Shown piece after piece: positions 46,357 to 55,369 of a DNA stretch of 56,442 bases. Positions within the stretch are counted from its first letter, which is position 1. The number at the start of each line of letters is the position of its first letter. Source of the stretch: Verrucomicrobiales bacterium (lineage in GTDB: Bacteria; Verrucomicrobiota; Verrucomicrobiia; Verrucomicrobiales; DEV007); the NCBI GenBank assembly GCA_014239335.1, contig JAAZZC010000239.1, forward strand, positions 1 through 56,442, read 5' to 3'. Both the position numbers and the translations under genes were made by a program. The notes beneath the pieces were generated by a model that saw only the letters and a list, made by a program, of their open reading frames with translations, was not told the DNA's origin and ran no database searches.

Positions 46357-48192
46357 TCACAAGTCCCCAGTGTCCTCGGTTGTGATGAATCCATTCGCAA
46401 CGTAAATGTCCTCCCAACCATCATTGTTGAGATCCACAAACTTCGCGCCCCATGCCCACCGCGCCATTGTTACCGCAGCATTTTCACTGACGTCGGTGAA
46501 TCCGGACCCAATATTTGCAAATAGGCTGTTGCCACGAGCATGACGGCGAAATGCCTCAATTTCTTGTTCTATTCCAGAACGAAATTTGCGCTGGTAAGTG
46601 ATGCGGTTCCCAGCAGAAGAGAACATGTTGCTTATATAAGGATCGGGGCGGCCGTCATTATTGTAATCACCCCAGGTGATACTCATCCCGGCCGACATAT
46701 CTTCAACTCCTTGACTGCCCGCGACGTCAATGAATTTTCCATTACGATTAAGGTAGAGGTTATTGCGTCCGAAATCGTTAGCCACATAAAGGTCGGAGTC
46801 CCCATCTAGATCAAAGTCCGCCCAGGAACAGGCATAGCTGTATCGGGTATTATTAACATCCAACCCACACTCTACTGTCGCATCGGAGAAGTGCCAATTT
46901 CCATCGTTGCGAATCAGCAGGTTAGCCCCGCCGTTGTTGGCATCATGATAGGGAATCGGTTGACCGAGGATTCCCTCAGAATTATTCAATTCGCGTGCAG
47001 GGTTCCGACCACAGAAATACAGATCAAGATCTCCGTCCAAATCGTAGTCAGCCGCTGCGAGAGAATGCAGGTTAGAAGGGGCCTTGGTTTCTGTTCGCTT
47101 CGTAAAAATACCTGCACCGTTATTTTCCATCAGCATCCAATACCATCCTTGTGCTAGCGCAAGATCCTGATCCCCGTCATTGTCCAGATCGACAAAGAGA
47201 ACCGCACGAGTTAGCTCCATCCAATCAACGCCCGATTCAGCTGATACATCCTTCAATGTGCCATTTAAATTACGTACATACAGTTTGTTGGGTAAGCCTC
47301 CCTGCTGGCAGACATAAATGTCATCAAGTCCATCCCCATTGGCATCACCAAGAGAGATTCCCTGAAGACCGTTCACATCAATTCCAAAATCACCCTGAAG
47401 ACGTGAGCGCCAGTGATCAATGCCCAGCATGAGTTGATCTTGAAATGAAGGGGCCTCCTTGAAAACGCTTGCCGTAACATCATCGAAATTTAGTCCTCCA
47501 CCCTGCTTCGGAAGGATCTCTTCGTAATCGATCAGTTTTATTCCAAGAAGTTCGGGCGGGTTTCCGGATCTCCAGCTACAATGCCATCGGGCATTTTGTT
47601 GAGCTGTGCCGTGAGCAGTTTTACCACTCGCAAAATAAATAATCTTAGTGTTGAACATACCTTCCGGTGATTTGGAAGGAGTGATGTTGTATGTCTTTAA
47701 CTTCAGTTTATCTTCTGTCCCGCTCGGGTAAATTGCTCGCAAAGAAGTGAGGGCTTGGCTAAGTGGTAACTTCGTCGAGCTGGTACCCTTACCAGAACGC
47801 CATACGCTTAGCAGTTCATCGGTATAGCTTTCCTGTAGATCGGAAGGGCGCAAAGGCTGCACCAATATTTCTGGCAAGCTTGCTTCCGGATCTAAAAGTT
47901 CTTCGAGGCGTTGATGAGCCGCATCGCTCACCACTTCGGAATCCCATCCCTCATCAGCCGCCGCATCTGTCCGCCGCAGAATAACTTCAATTGCTGCATC
48001 GCGCGGCCCTTTGTCAGGCAGGTATGCTTTTGTTAGTAGTTCGTTTTGATTAGGGAAGCGTAATTCTTTTTCCGCTGAGTTGGTTTTAGCACTTTTTTTA
48101 TCACAACTTGATAACAAGTGTGATATAAGAATTAGGAAAACCATCAGACGGACTGAAAGCCGCGTCGTTTGTTTTCGAAATAAAATATTCAT
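46357..48192 (-). CDS. N-terminal segment of a CRTAC1-like lipoprotein: six FG-GAP/VCBS calcium-binding blades
   Basis: Lipobox LLSS-C. Six DxDxDG-type motifs are present (GDANGDGLDD, VDLDNDGDQD, ADYDLDGDLD, ADFDLDGDSD, GDYNNDGRPD, VDLNNDGWED). It ends ...TEDTGDL-TGA. Confidence 0.8.
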   Translation of the reverse strand: MNILFRKQTTRLSVRLMVFLILISHLLSSCDKKSAKTNSAEKELRFPNQNELLTKAYLPDKGPRDAAIEVILRRTDAAADEGWDSEVVSDAAHQRLEELLDPEASLPEILVQPLRPSDLQESYTDELLSVWRSGKGTSSTKLPLSQALTSLRAIYPSGTEDKLKLKTYNITPSKSPEGMFNTKIIYFASGKTAHGTAQQNARWHCSWRSGNPPELLGIKLIDYEEILPKQGGGLNFDDVTASVFKEAPSFQDQLMLGIDHWRSRLQGDFGIDVNGLQGISLGDANGDGLDDIYVCQQGGLPNKLYVRNLNGTLKDVSAESGVDWMELTRAVLFVDLDNDGDQDLALAQGWYWMLMENNGAGIFTKRTETKAPSNLHSLAAADYDLDGDLDLYFCGRNPARELNNSEGILGQPIPYHDANNGGANLLIRNDGNWHFSDATVECGLDVNNTRYSYACSWADFDLDGDSDLYVANDFGRNNLYLNRNGKFIDVAGSQGVEDMSAGMSITWGDYNNDGRPDPYISNMFSSAGNRITYQRKFRSGIEQEIEAFRRHARGNSLFANIGSGFTDVSENAAVTMARWAWGAKFVDLNNDGWEDIYVANGFITTEDTGDL

Positions 48193-48315
48193 GCGGACAA
48201 ATGAAGAAAATCACTTAGATCCCTTCCTAACTACAGTTCTCAAATATAATATATATTTAACACTAGGATATTAAAAACAAGCAGAAACATGATTTGCATT
48301 CCTCCAAAAACTGAA

Positions 48316-51300
48316 ATGAGAAAGAGATGGGTATTATCCTTAATTTTTTTTGCGGGAGCATTGATGTCTTCAGCTCAGGCAGAGCTCATTGCGTTTTACA
48401 CATTCGATGATGCGGGGGCCCCTTTTGCGGACAGCTCCGGCCAAGGGAACGACATTTCTGGCACTGTAGGAACAGCCCCGACCTGGGGATCGGACATTGG
48501 TTTCGGTGATACAGGAGCCTATGATTTTGCCGGCGGCACTCTCACGGTTCCAATCGACATTAATGCGAGCGTAGTACCTGACATGACTTGGGGAGCATGG
48601 GTCCGCACTGACAACACGAGCCCCGGACTGCGCAAGATCATGGGACATGATAATGGTGCTTGGGACCGGACAATTGGTCTCGACAGTCGCAATGGCCAAT
48701 TCCGTTACACCTCATTCACCGGTTTTGGCCGCCCAGTAGTTGGAGACCTTCCGGGACCCGAAAATACGGAGGACTGGACATTCATTGCCGCCAGTTACGA
48801 CTCAGCGGCTGGCACTGTTTCGGTTTATGTGGATTTGGACGCATCCTCTATAGATGATGAACTGGTAGCAGTGACCGAAACGGCCAGATGGAACAATGGT
48901 CAGGGCACTTTTGCCATAGGTGGGCTAAGGCCTGACAACACGGCCGAGCTCTGGGACGGCACCATCGATAACGTTTTTGTTTACGATGAAGTCCTATCAA
49001 TAGAACAGATCACCGCACTGAGAAACAATTTCGAGGTTCCGCAGCAACCGGTCATTCATTCCTTCGTTGTTAGCCCGGGATTCATTAACAGCGGAGAAAG
49101 CGCAAAGCTTTCATGGGAAGTCGAAGGTGCTGAAAATATCTCGATTCAACCGACCTCATTGCAAAACGCAAGAGCAAAAGGGTCCCTACACATTTTTCCA
49201 GCCGAAACAAAAACCTACACTTTAACCGCAAGCAATGGTGCTGGGAATGTTCAGGCAGAAGTCACTATTGGAGTTGACGCCGAAGCGGTCGAGCCAAGCA
49301 TCACCGAGTTTCAGGCAAGAAATAATGGCACGCTCACCGATAAGGATGGGAACACTCCGGACTGGATTGAGATCCACAACCCCAATCCATTCACTTTTGA
49401 TATAGGAGGCTACGTGCTAGAAGATGAGAATCAGAGATGGGTATTTCCTGCCGGGACGCGAATGCAGCGTTATAGTTATCTTGTTGTTTTTGCTTCAGGA
49501 CTGGATGAGCCTTTGCCGGCAGGCGACGAGCTTAATACAAATTTTAAGCTCTCGTCTTCAGGTGAAAATCTGAGACTGCTTGCTCCCGACGGTAAAACAA
49601 TACTCAGTGATTTTTCTGATTTGCCTATACAGGAACGTGGCATTTCCTACGGAACCGATTCTAACAATGGGGGAAAGGGGTACCTAAATCCGCCAACGCC
49701 GGGAGAACCTAACGGGAAGGTTCTGGATGGTCGTGTTAAAGATACCAAGTTCGATGTCGACCGCGGTTTTTACGATGGGCCGTTTACTGTAAATGTTTCT
49801 TGTGCCACTCCGGGAACATCCGTCAGTTACACTATCGATGGATCCATGCCAACCCCTGAGCACGGGACCAGAATTCCCCCCAATGATGAATTTTCATTGG
49901 GACTGGCGGCCATTGAGATTTCCACTACCACAGTCTTGCGTGCCATTGCTTTTAAAACGGGTTCACTGGCGAGCAACGTTGATACGCAAACTTATATTTT
50001 CCCCAAGGACGTTATCAGGCAACCCGAAAATCCTAGAGGCTTCCCCACAAGTTGGGGTGAATTCACCGGCGTTAACGGTGGAAGTCAAGGACAACCGGTA
50101 CCTGCCGATTACGAAATGAACCCTGCAATCGTGAATGCTAATCCTGAAGGTCTCAAACAGGCTTTAATGGAATTACCAACAATGTCCATTGTTGCCGATC
50201 CTGAGGATCTTTTCGGCCGAAACGGAATTCTCTCGAACCCCTTTGGTAATGTGAATGGCATTGGAGTTCACAATCAGAGACCCTTCATTGCAGATCGTCT
50301 CGCATCAATGGAGTGGATTCAACCAGACGGTGAGCGTGAAATCCAAGTGAATTGCGGAGTACGTTTGGTTGGAGGCTGGAGCCGACACTATCGGGCCTCT
50401 CCAAAGAAGTCGTTGCGTTTGATTTTTCGCAGTCAATTTGGTCCTACTAAACTGAATTTTCCCATTTTCGGAGAAGATGAAATTGATGAGTTTGATAAGA
50501 TTCAGCTACGAGCCACTTTCAGTGATGGCTGGGTGGACAATGCTCACCCGGCCCAATTTCTTCGAGATCCCTTTATGCGTGAAACTTATCTGGCCATGGG
50601 ACAGCCAGGTTCACGTAGCAACTTTGTTCATCTCTATCTTAACGGTCTTTACTGGGGCATCTACAACCCCAGTGAAAGACCGGACGGTAATTATGCTGCT
50701 AGCCATTTCGGAGGTTCAGAGAGTGATTACGACGCAGTGAAACACGAAGGACTGCGTGGTCCTGGTCAGGCTGTCACGGACTCTTTTGAAGTCATCGACG
50801 GGACATCTGAGCGCTGGAAAGAAGCGTTGGCTGTGAGTGGCCGGGACATCAAAGATTCGGCGGTCTATGCCGAGTTCAAAAAATACGTCGATGTGATTTC
50901 CTTGGCAGATTACGTCCTTGTGAATTCGTTCCTTGCGAATATGGATTGGCCTGGAAAGAACTGGTATGCTTTTGGGCGCAGGGACGGTTCTGATGGCGGG
51001 TTTAAGTTTTCACCCTGGGATTCTGAATACTCTTTGCATAACTTGAACGGGAACCGAGTAGATATTAGCGGCAGCAACACACCTGCTCGCTTTTACAGCC
51101 GCGTTCGTAGCAATCCGGAATTCCGGCTCTTGTTCGCTGACAGAGTTCACAAGCATGCCTTTAACGGAGGCTCACTCACGGTTGAATCGATGGTCAAACG
51201 ATACACTGAGATGGCAAATCACATAGAACCAGCAATTGATGCTGAAGCCGCCCGCTGGGGAGACAATCGACACACGCGTCAGGGCAGACGTGATTATAGA

Positions 51301-53181
51301 AAATCAAATTGGCTCTCGACCCGTAATGCTGTTCTCAATAATTTTCTCAAGAATCGACCTCCAATTGCAATCTCGCAGTACCGTGCTGCTGGCCTCTATC
51401 CTTCAGTGAATGCACCCGAATTTAACCAGCACGGTGGATTTTTGGATGACGGCAATGACCTGACTTTGGATACTTCCTCAAAAGGCACGATCTTTTATAC
51501 ATTGGACGGCAATGACCCCCGTCTTTTTACCAGCGAGAATGATACTATCACAGCTCTCATTGAGGATGAGGCTGAAAAATCAGTGATTTTTGTTGCCAAT
51601 GCAGCCGATGAGCCTCCAGTGAATTGGAATGCCCTTGGCTTTGATCACAGTGGCTGGCTTAAGGGAACTCTCGGTGCCGGTTATGAAAAGTCAGGTAACG
51701 GACGCTACGATCCGCTGATCGATGAATTATTTGATTTTGAATCGCTGGCGACCTCTTCAAATCAGGAGACGATCTATATGCTTACGGATTTCTGGATAGA
51801 TGATCCTTCAGTTTTTAATCTGCTCACCCTCAAAGTCCGTTACGATGATGGTTTTGTTGCATATATTAATGGAATCGAAGTTGCCCGGGAAAATATTCCA
51901 GGTTCTCCCGGCGAATTGGTTCCATGGGACGAAAATGCCTTATCCAATCACTCAGACAATCTCGCTGAACAGTTCACTGCCGTTGACGCAACCGCGGGTG
52001 TTCCACATTTGCGTGCCGGCAATAACATTCTTGCGATACAAGCCCTCAACAGTGGGAGGGCCAGTAGTGATTTTCTGATATGGCCAAAGCTCGAAGCTGC
52101 AACTGTGGGAGACGGTCCAGGGCCTTCGGCCTTGAGTTATGGCGGATCCCTTAACCTAGAAAGTTCAGCTACTGTGAAGGCTCGGTTACTATCATCATCG
52201 GGTCAATGGTCCGCTCTCACGGAAGCAACTTTTACAGTCGCTGCTGAAGCCGCAAATGTAAGTAACCTGGTAATTTCCAAAATCCATTATCATCCGCTTG
52301 AACCCAGCGAAGAAGAAATCGCGGCAGGACATGATCAGGAGAGTGATTTTGAATACATAGAGCTTTTTAATATCAGCAAGAAAACGGTTTCACTTTCGGG
52401 ATTTAATTTTACAAATGGTATAGAGTTTCAATTTGATCCGAGCATTGTTTCTGAAATAGAACCTGGAGGCCGTGCTTTATTGGTTTCAGATATTGCGGCA
52501 TTTCAGTTTCGTTATGGGAACGGAATTAAAATTTTGGGTGAGTTCAATGCCGGAAAACTCAACAATGATGGTGAGGCATTGTCTCTTAATGGACCTGATG
52601 AATCCGAGATCTGGAATTTTGAATATAATGACTCTGAGGCTTGGCCTGATTCTCCTGACGGTGGAGGAACTGCGCTTGTGTTGATCGATCCAGAGAATCC
52701 AAAAGAGAATCAAGCTTTGAGTTTCCCTGAGAATTGGCGGCCATCGTCTGGAAATGAAGGACTCCCGGGCAGAGATGATAGAGTTTCGTTTGCAGTTTGG
52801 CTTTCAAATCAACCCAATCCTGACCCTAACGCCGACCCAGACGGAGATGGCTTGAATCAATTATTAGCATTTTCTATTGGGCTTTCCGAAAAATTAGATC
52901 CAAGTGCGTTCCTTCCTAACGTTTCTCTAGAATCTCTGCAAGTTGGAGAAACTGAGGAAATATACCCTGTAATTTCGATTCGCCAGCGCACCGGTATTGC
53001 GGACGTGAAGTTTGAAATTGAGAGTTCAACTGATCTTTTGAATTGGAGTCCTGCAAATGGCGTATTGATCTTGACCAAAGATTTGAAAAATCCCACAATG
53101 TTAAGGACTTACCGTGATTCGAAGCCATACAAAGATAATGTTAATCGGTTCTTTCGGGTAAGAGTATCCAGCAACTTATGA
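48316..53181 (+). CDS. Giant secreted multidomain protein (about 1,620 aa): LamG-like module, Ig-like domain, LTD, CHB_HEX_C/Fn3-associated-like domains, CotH kinase-family domain, galactose-binding-like module, LTD and a C-terminal beta-sandwich module
   Basis: Signal peptide MRKRWVLSLIFFAGALMSSAQA. LamG pattern (FYTFDD...SGQGND...WGAWVRT...VYVDLD...WDGTIDNVFVY). LTD (DWIEIHNPNPFTFDIGGYVL; FEYIELFNISKKTVSLSGF). CotH-like (VNCGVRLVGGWSRHY, VHLYLNGLYWGIYN, SPWDSEYSL). The tail ends in ...FFRVRVSSNL. Confidence 0.85.
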   Translation: MRKRWVLSLIFFAGALMSSAQAELIAFYTFDDAGAPFADSSGQGNDISGTVGTAPTWGSDIGFGDTGAYDFAGGTLTVPIDINASVVPDMTWGAWVRTDNTSPGLRKIMGHDNGAWDRTIGLDSRNGQFRYTSFTGFGRPVVGDLPGPENTEDWTFIAASYDSAAGTVSVYVDLDASSIDDELVAVTETARWNNGQGTFAIGGLRPDNTAELWDGTIDNVFVYDEVLSIEQITALRNNFEVPQQPVIHSFVVSPGFINSGESAKLSWEVEGAENISIQPTSLQNARAKGSLHIFPAETKTYTLTASNGAGNVQAEVTIGVDAEAVEPSITEFQARNNGTLTDKDGNTPDWIEIHNPNPFTFDIGGYVLEDENQRWVFPAGTRMQRYSYLVVFASGLDEPLPAGDELNTNFKLSSSGENLRLLAPDGKTILSDFSDLPIQERGISYGTDSNNGGKGYLNPPTPGEPNGKVLDGRVKDTKFDVDRGFYDGPFTVNVSCATPGTSVSYTIDGSMPTPEHGTRIPPNDEFSLGLAAIEISTTTVLRAIAFKTGSLASNVDTQTYIFPKDVIRQPENPRGFPTSWGEFTGVNGGSQGQPVPADYEMNPAIVNANPEGLKQALMELPTMSIVADPEDLFGRNGILSNPFGNVNGIGVHNQRPFIADRLASMEWIQPDGEREIQVNCGVRLVGGWSRHYRASPKKSLRLIFRSQFGPTKLNFPIFGEDEIDEFDKIQLRATFSDGWVDNAHPAQFLRDPFMRETYLAMGQPGSRSNFVHLYLNGLYWGIYNPSERPDGNYAASHFGGSESDYDAVKHEGLRGPGQAVTDSFEVIDGTSERWKEALAVSGRDIKDSAVYAEFKKYVDVISLADYVLVNSFLANMDWPGKNWYAFGRRDGSDGGFKFSPWDSEYSLHNLNGNRVDISGSNTPARFYSRVRSNPEFRLLFADRVHKHAFNGGSLTVESMVKRYTEMANHIEPAIDAEAARWGDNRHTRQGRRDYRKSNWLSTRNAVLNNFLKNRPPIAISQYRAAGLYPSVNAPEFNQHGGFLDDGNDLTLDTSSKGTIFYTLDGNDPRLFTSENDTITALIEDEAEKSVIFVANAADEPPVNWNALGFDHSGWLKGTLGAGYEKSGNGRYDPLIDELFDFESLATSSNQETIYMLTDFWIDDPSVFNLLTLKVRYDDGFVAYINGIEVARENIPGSPGELVPWDENALSNHSDNLAEQFTAVDATAGVPHLRAGNNILAIQALNSGRASSDFLIWPKLEAATVGDGPGPSALSYGGSLNLESSATVKARLLSSSGQWSALTEATFTVAAEAANVSNLVISKIHYHPLEPSEEEIAAGHDQESDFEYIELFNISKKTVSLSGFNFTNGIEFQFDPSIVSEIEPGGRALLVSDIAAFQFRYGNGIKILGEFNAGKLNNDGEALSLNGPDESEIWNFEYNDSEAWPDSPDGGGTALVLIDPENPKENQALSFPENWRPSSGNEGLPGRDDRVSFAVWLSNQPNPDPNADPDGDGLNQLLAFSIGLSEKLDPSAFLPNVSLESLQVGETEEIYPVISIRQRTGIADVKFEIESSTDLLNWSPANGVLILTKDLKNPTMLRTYRDSKPYKDNVNRFFRVRVSSNL
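48427..48991 (+). repeat. LamG-module DNA repeat, copy 1
   Basis: Ungapped alignment with 53312-53876 (offset 4885). My hand count found about 44 mismatches in 565 nt (about 92% identity), with perfect runs above 40 nt. Confidence 0.9.
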
Positions 53182-53206
53182 ATTTATTTCAACCAACCTT
53201 GAGATT

Positions 53207-55186
53207 ATGAAACACTTTGTCCTATTATTTTGTCTACTAGCCATTCTACGGTATTCTGCAAGTGGAGAACTCATCGCACTGTATTCATTTGATGATGCTG
53301 AGAATCCGGGCGCGGACAGCTCCGGCCAAGGAAACGACATTTCTGGCACTGTAGGAGCGGCCCCGACCTGGGGCTCGGACATTGGTTTCAATGATACAGG
53401 AGCCTATGATTTTGCCGGCGGCACTCTCACGGCCCCAGTTGACATTAATGCCGGTGTAATACCTGACATGACTTGGGGAGCATGGGTACGCACTAATAAC
53501 ACGAGCCCCGGGCTGCGCAAGATCATGGGACATGATAATGGTGGTTGGGATCGCACAATTGGTCTCGACAGTCGCAATGGCCAATTCCGTTACACCTCAT
53601 TCACCGGGTTTGGCCGCCCGGTAGTTGGGGACCTTCCGGGACCCGAAAGTACCGAGGACTGGACATTCATTGCAGCTAGTTACGACTCAGCGGCTGGCAC
53701 TGTTTCGGTTTATGTGGATCTGGACGCATCCTCTGTAGCTGATGCACTTGTAGCAGTGACCGAAACGGCCAGATGGAACAATGGCCAAGGAAGTTTTGCC
53801 ATAGGTGGACTAAGGCCTGACAACACGGCAGAACTCTGGGACGGAGCAATCGATAACGTTTTTGTTTACAATGAAGCGCTGTCCGAAGAGGAAATTGATG
53901 CGCTGAGAACCGATTTAGTCGGAATGGAAATAAGTGATCCACGCATTGTGATTTCACGCGATAAGCCACTTTTTGGAATGATCAGAACTGGTATAGTTCC
54001 AGAGGCCGAAAAGCGTTCGATTACCATTCGCAACACCGGGGAAGACAATGACCTCAACATCACTGAAATCGCGATTACCGGTGATGATGCAAGCGCATAC
54101 TCATTAACAGATGAACCCTTTGCACTTGCCCCTGGAGAGGAGAAAACAATTGAAATCACTCTTACAACTGATGGCGTAGCTGGTGATTATGTGGCTTCTC
54201 TGGAAATTCAAAGTGATGATTCTGACAATCCTACCGTGACCATTGAACTTGATACTACTATTGAATTGATACCGCCTGCGACGCTTCTTGCGTTTTACAC
54301 ATTTGACGACCCCAATGACCCGTTCGCAGACAGTTCTGGGAACGGAAATGATCTTGCTCAGGGTAACGGAGTAGAACCGAGCTGGGGCGCAGACATAGGA
54401 TTTAAAGGATCCGGTGCGCATGACTTTACCGGTGGTACCCTCCTTTCGCCGATTGACATTAATCCAGGTCAATTGCCTGATATGTCTTGGGGCGCATGGG
54501 TGCGCACTAACAACACAGACCCTGGGCTACGAAAGGTCATGGGGCATGATAATGGTGGTTGGGACCGGACCCTTGGTCTTGACAGCCGCAATGGCCAATT
54601 CCGTTACACCTCATTCACCGGGTTTGGACGGCCGGTAGTTGGAGACCTTCCGGGACCTGCAAATGCGGAGGACTGGACATTCCTTGCCGCTAATTACGAC
54701 TCGAAGGACTCAACGGTTTCAGTTTACGTCGATTTGGATGCATCTACTATCGATGATGATTTGGTAAAGGTGACAGAACCCGCTAGGTGGAACAATGGTC
54801 AGGACACTTTTGCAATAGGTGGCATACGACCTGATAACACAACTGAACTTTGGGACGGAGCTATCGACAATGTTTTTGTTTACGAGGGCATCTTGACTGA
54901 TGAGGAAATGAAAGACCTCCGTGATCGTGCCGCAATTGCGGGTGAGGTTTTGCGCATTACAGAAGTCGTTCGCAACCCCGATAATTCGTTTACCCTGACC
55001 TGGACATCCAATCCTAATGCAGGAACAACCTACACTGTTCTGTTCAGTCAGGACCTGAGCGAACCTTTGGAATTCTGGGGAGACGACGATGATAGCGTGG
55101 CGAGTGGTGGAGAAATGACAACTCATACCACGGGCATATTTGAAGCCGTTGATAAATTGTTTTTGATAGTAAAAAAGAACGAGTAA
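53207..55186 (+). CDS. Secreted protein with two LamG-like modules flanking an Ig-like (ASH/choice-of-anchor-D-like) domain, plus a C-terminal beta-sandwich module
   Basis: Signal peptide MKHFVLLFCLLAILRYSASG. LamG modules at aa ~20-235 and ~360-575. The middle region reads ITIRNTGEDNDLNITEIAITGDDASAYSL. It starts 25 nt after the preceding gene. Confidence 0.8.
   Translation: MKHFVLLFCLLAILRYSASGELIALYSFDDAENPGADSSGQGNDISGTVGAAPTWGSDIGFNDTGAYDFAGGTLTAPVDINAGVIPDMTWGAWVRTNNTSPGLRKIMGHDNGGWDRTIGLDSRNGQFRYTSFTGFGRPVVGDLPGPESTEDWTFIAASYDSAAGTVSVYVDLDASSVADALVAVTETARWNNGQGSFAIGGLRPDNTAELWDGAIDNVFVYNEALSEEEIDALRTDLVGMEISDPRIVISRDKPLFGMIRTGIVPEAEKRSITIRNTGEDNDLNITEIAITGDDASAYSLTDEPFALAPGEEKTIEITLTTDGVAGDYVASLEIQSDDSDNPTVTIELDTTIELIPPATLLAFYTFDDPNDPFADSSGNGNDLAQGNGVEPSWGADIGFKGSGAHDFTGGTLLSPIDINPGQLPDMSWGAWVRTNNTDPGLRKVMGHDNGGWDRTLGLDSRNGQFRYTSFTGFGRPVVGDLPGPANAEDWTFLAANYDSKDSTVSVYVDLDASTIDDDLVKVTEPARWNNGQDTFAIGGIRPDNTTELWDGAIDNVFVYEGILTDEEMKDLRDRAAIAGEVLRITEVVRNPDNSFTLTWTSNPNAGTTYTVLFSQDLSEPLEFWGDDDDSVASGGEMTTHTTGIFEAVDKLFLIVKKNE
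53312..53876 (+). repeat. LamG-module DNA repeat, copy 2
   Basis: See copy 1. It also aligns ungapped with copy 3 (offset 1014). Confidence 0.9.
54326..54890 (+). repeat. LamG-module DNA repeat, copy 3 (more diverged)
   Basis: Same module at clearly lower identity. It still shares an exact stretch of about 40 nt, cgcaatggccaattccgttacacctcattcaccgggtttgg, with copy 2. Confidence 0.8.
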
Positions 55187-55369
55187 TTGAGACATTCGGA
55201 CTGACACAAGAAGAGCAAAGGCTTGTGCATTGCCTTGGCAATCGATTTAGGCTCACTTTTGCCGGGATCTAAATGAAAAGATCTTACCATCTATTATTTC
55301 TATCTCACTTGAGCAAACCCAATAATCGATCCATATTAATGCGTCCCATTAATAGAAGACTCACCTCAA

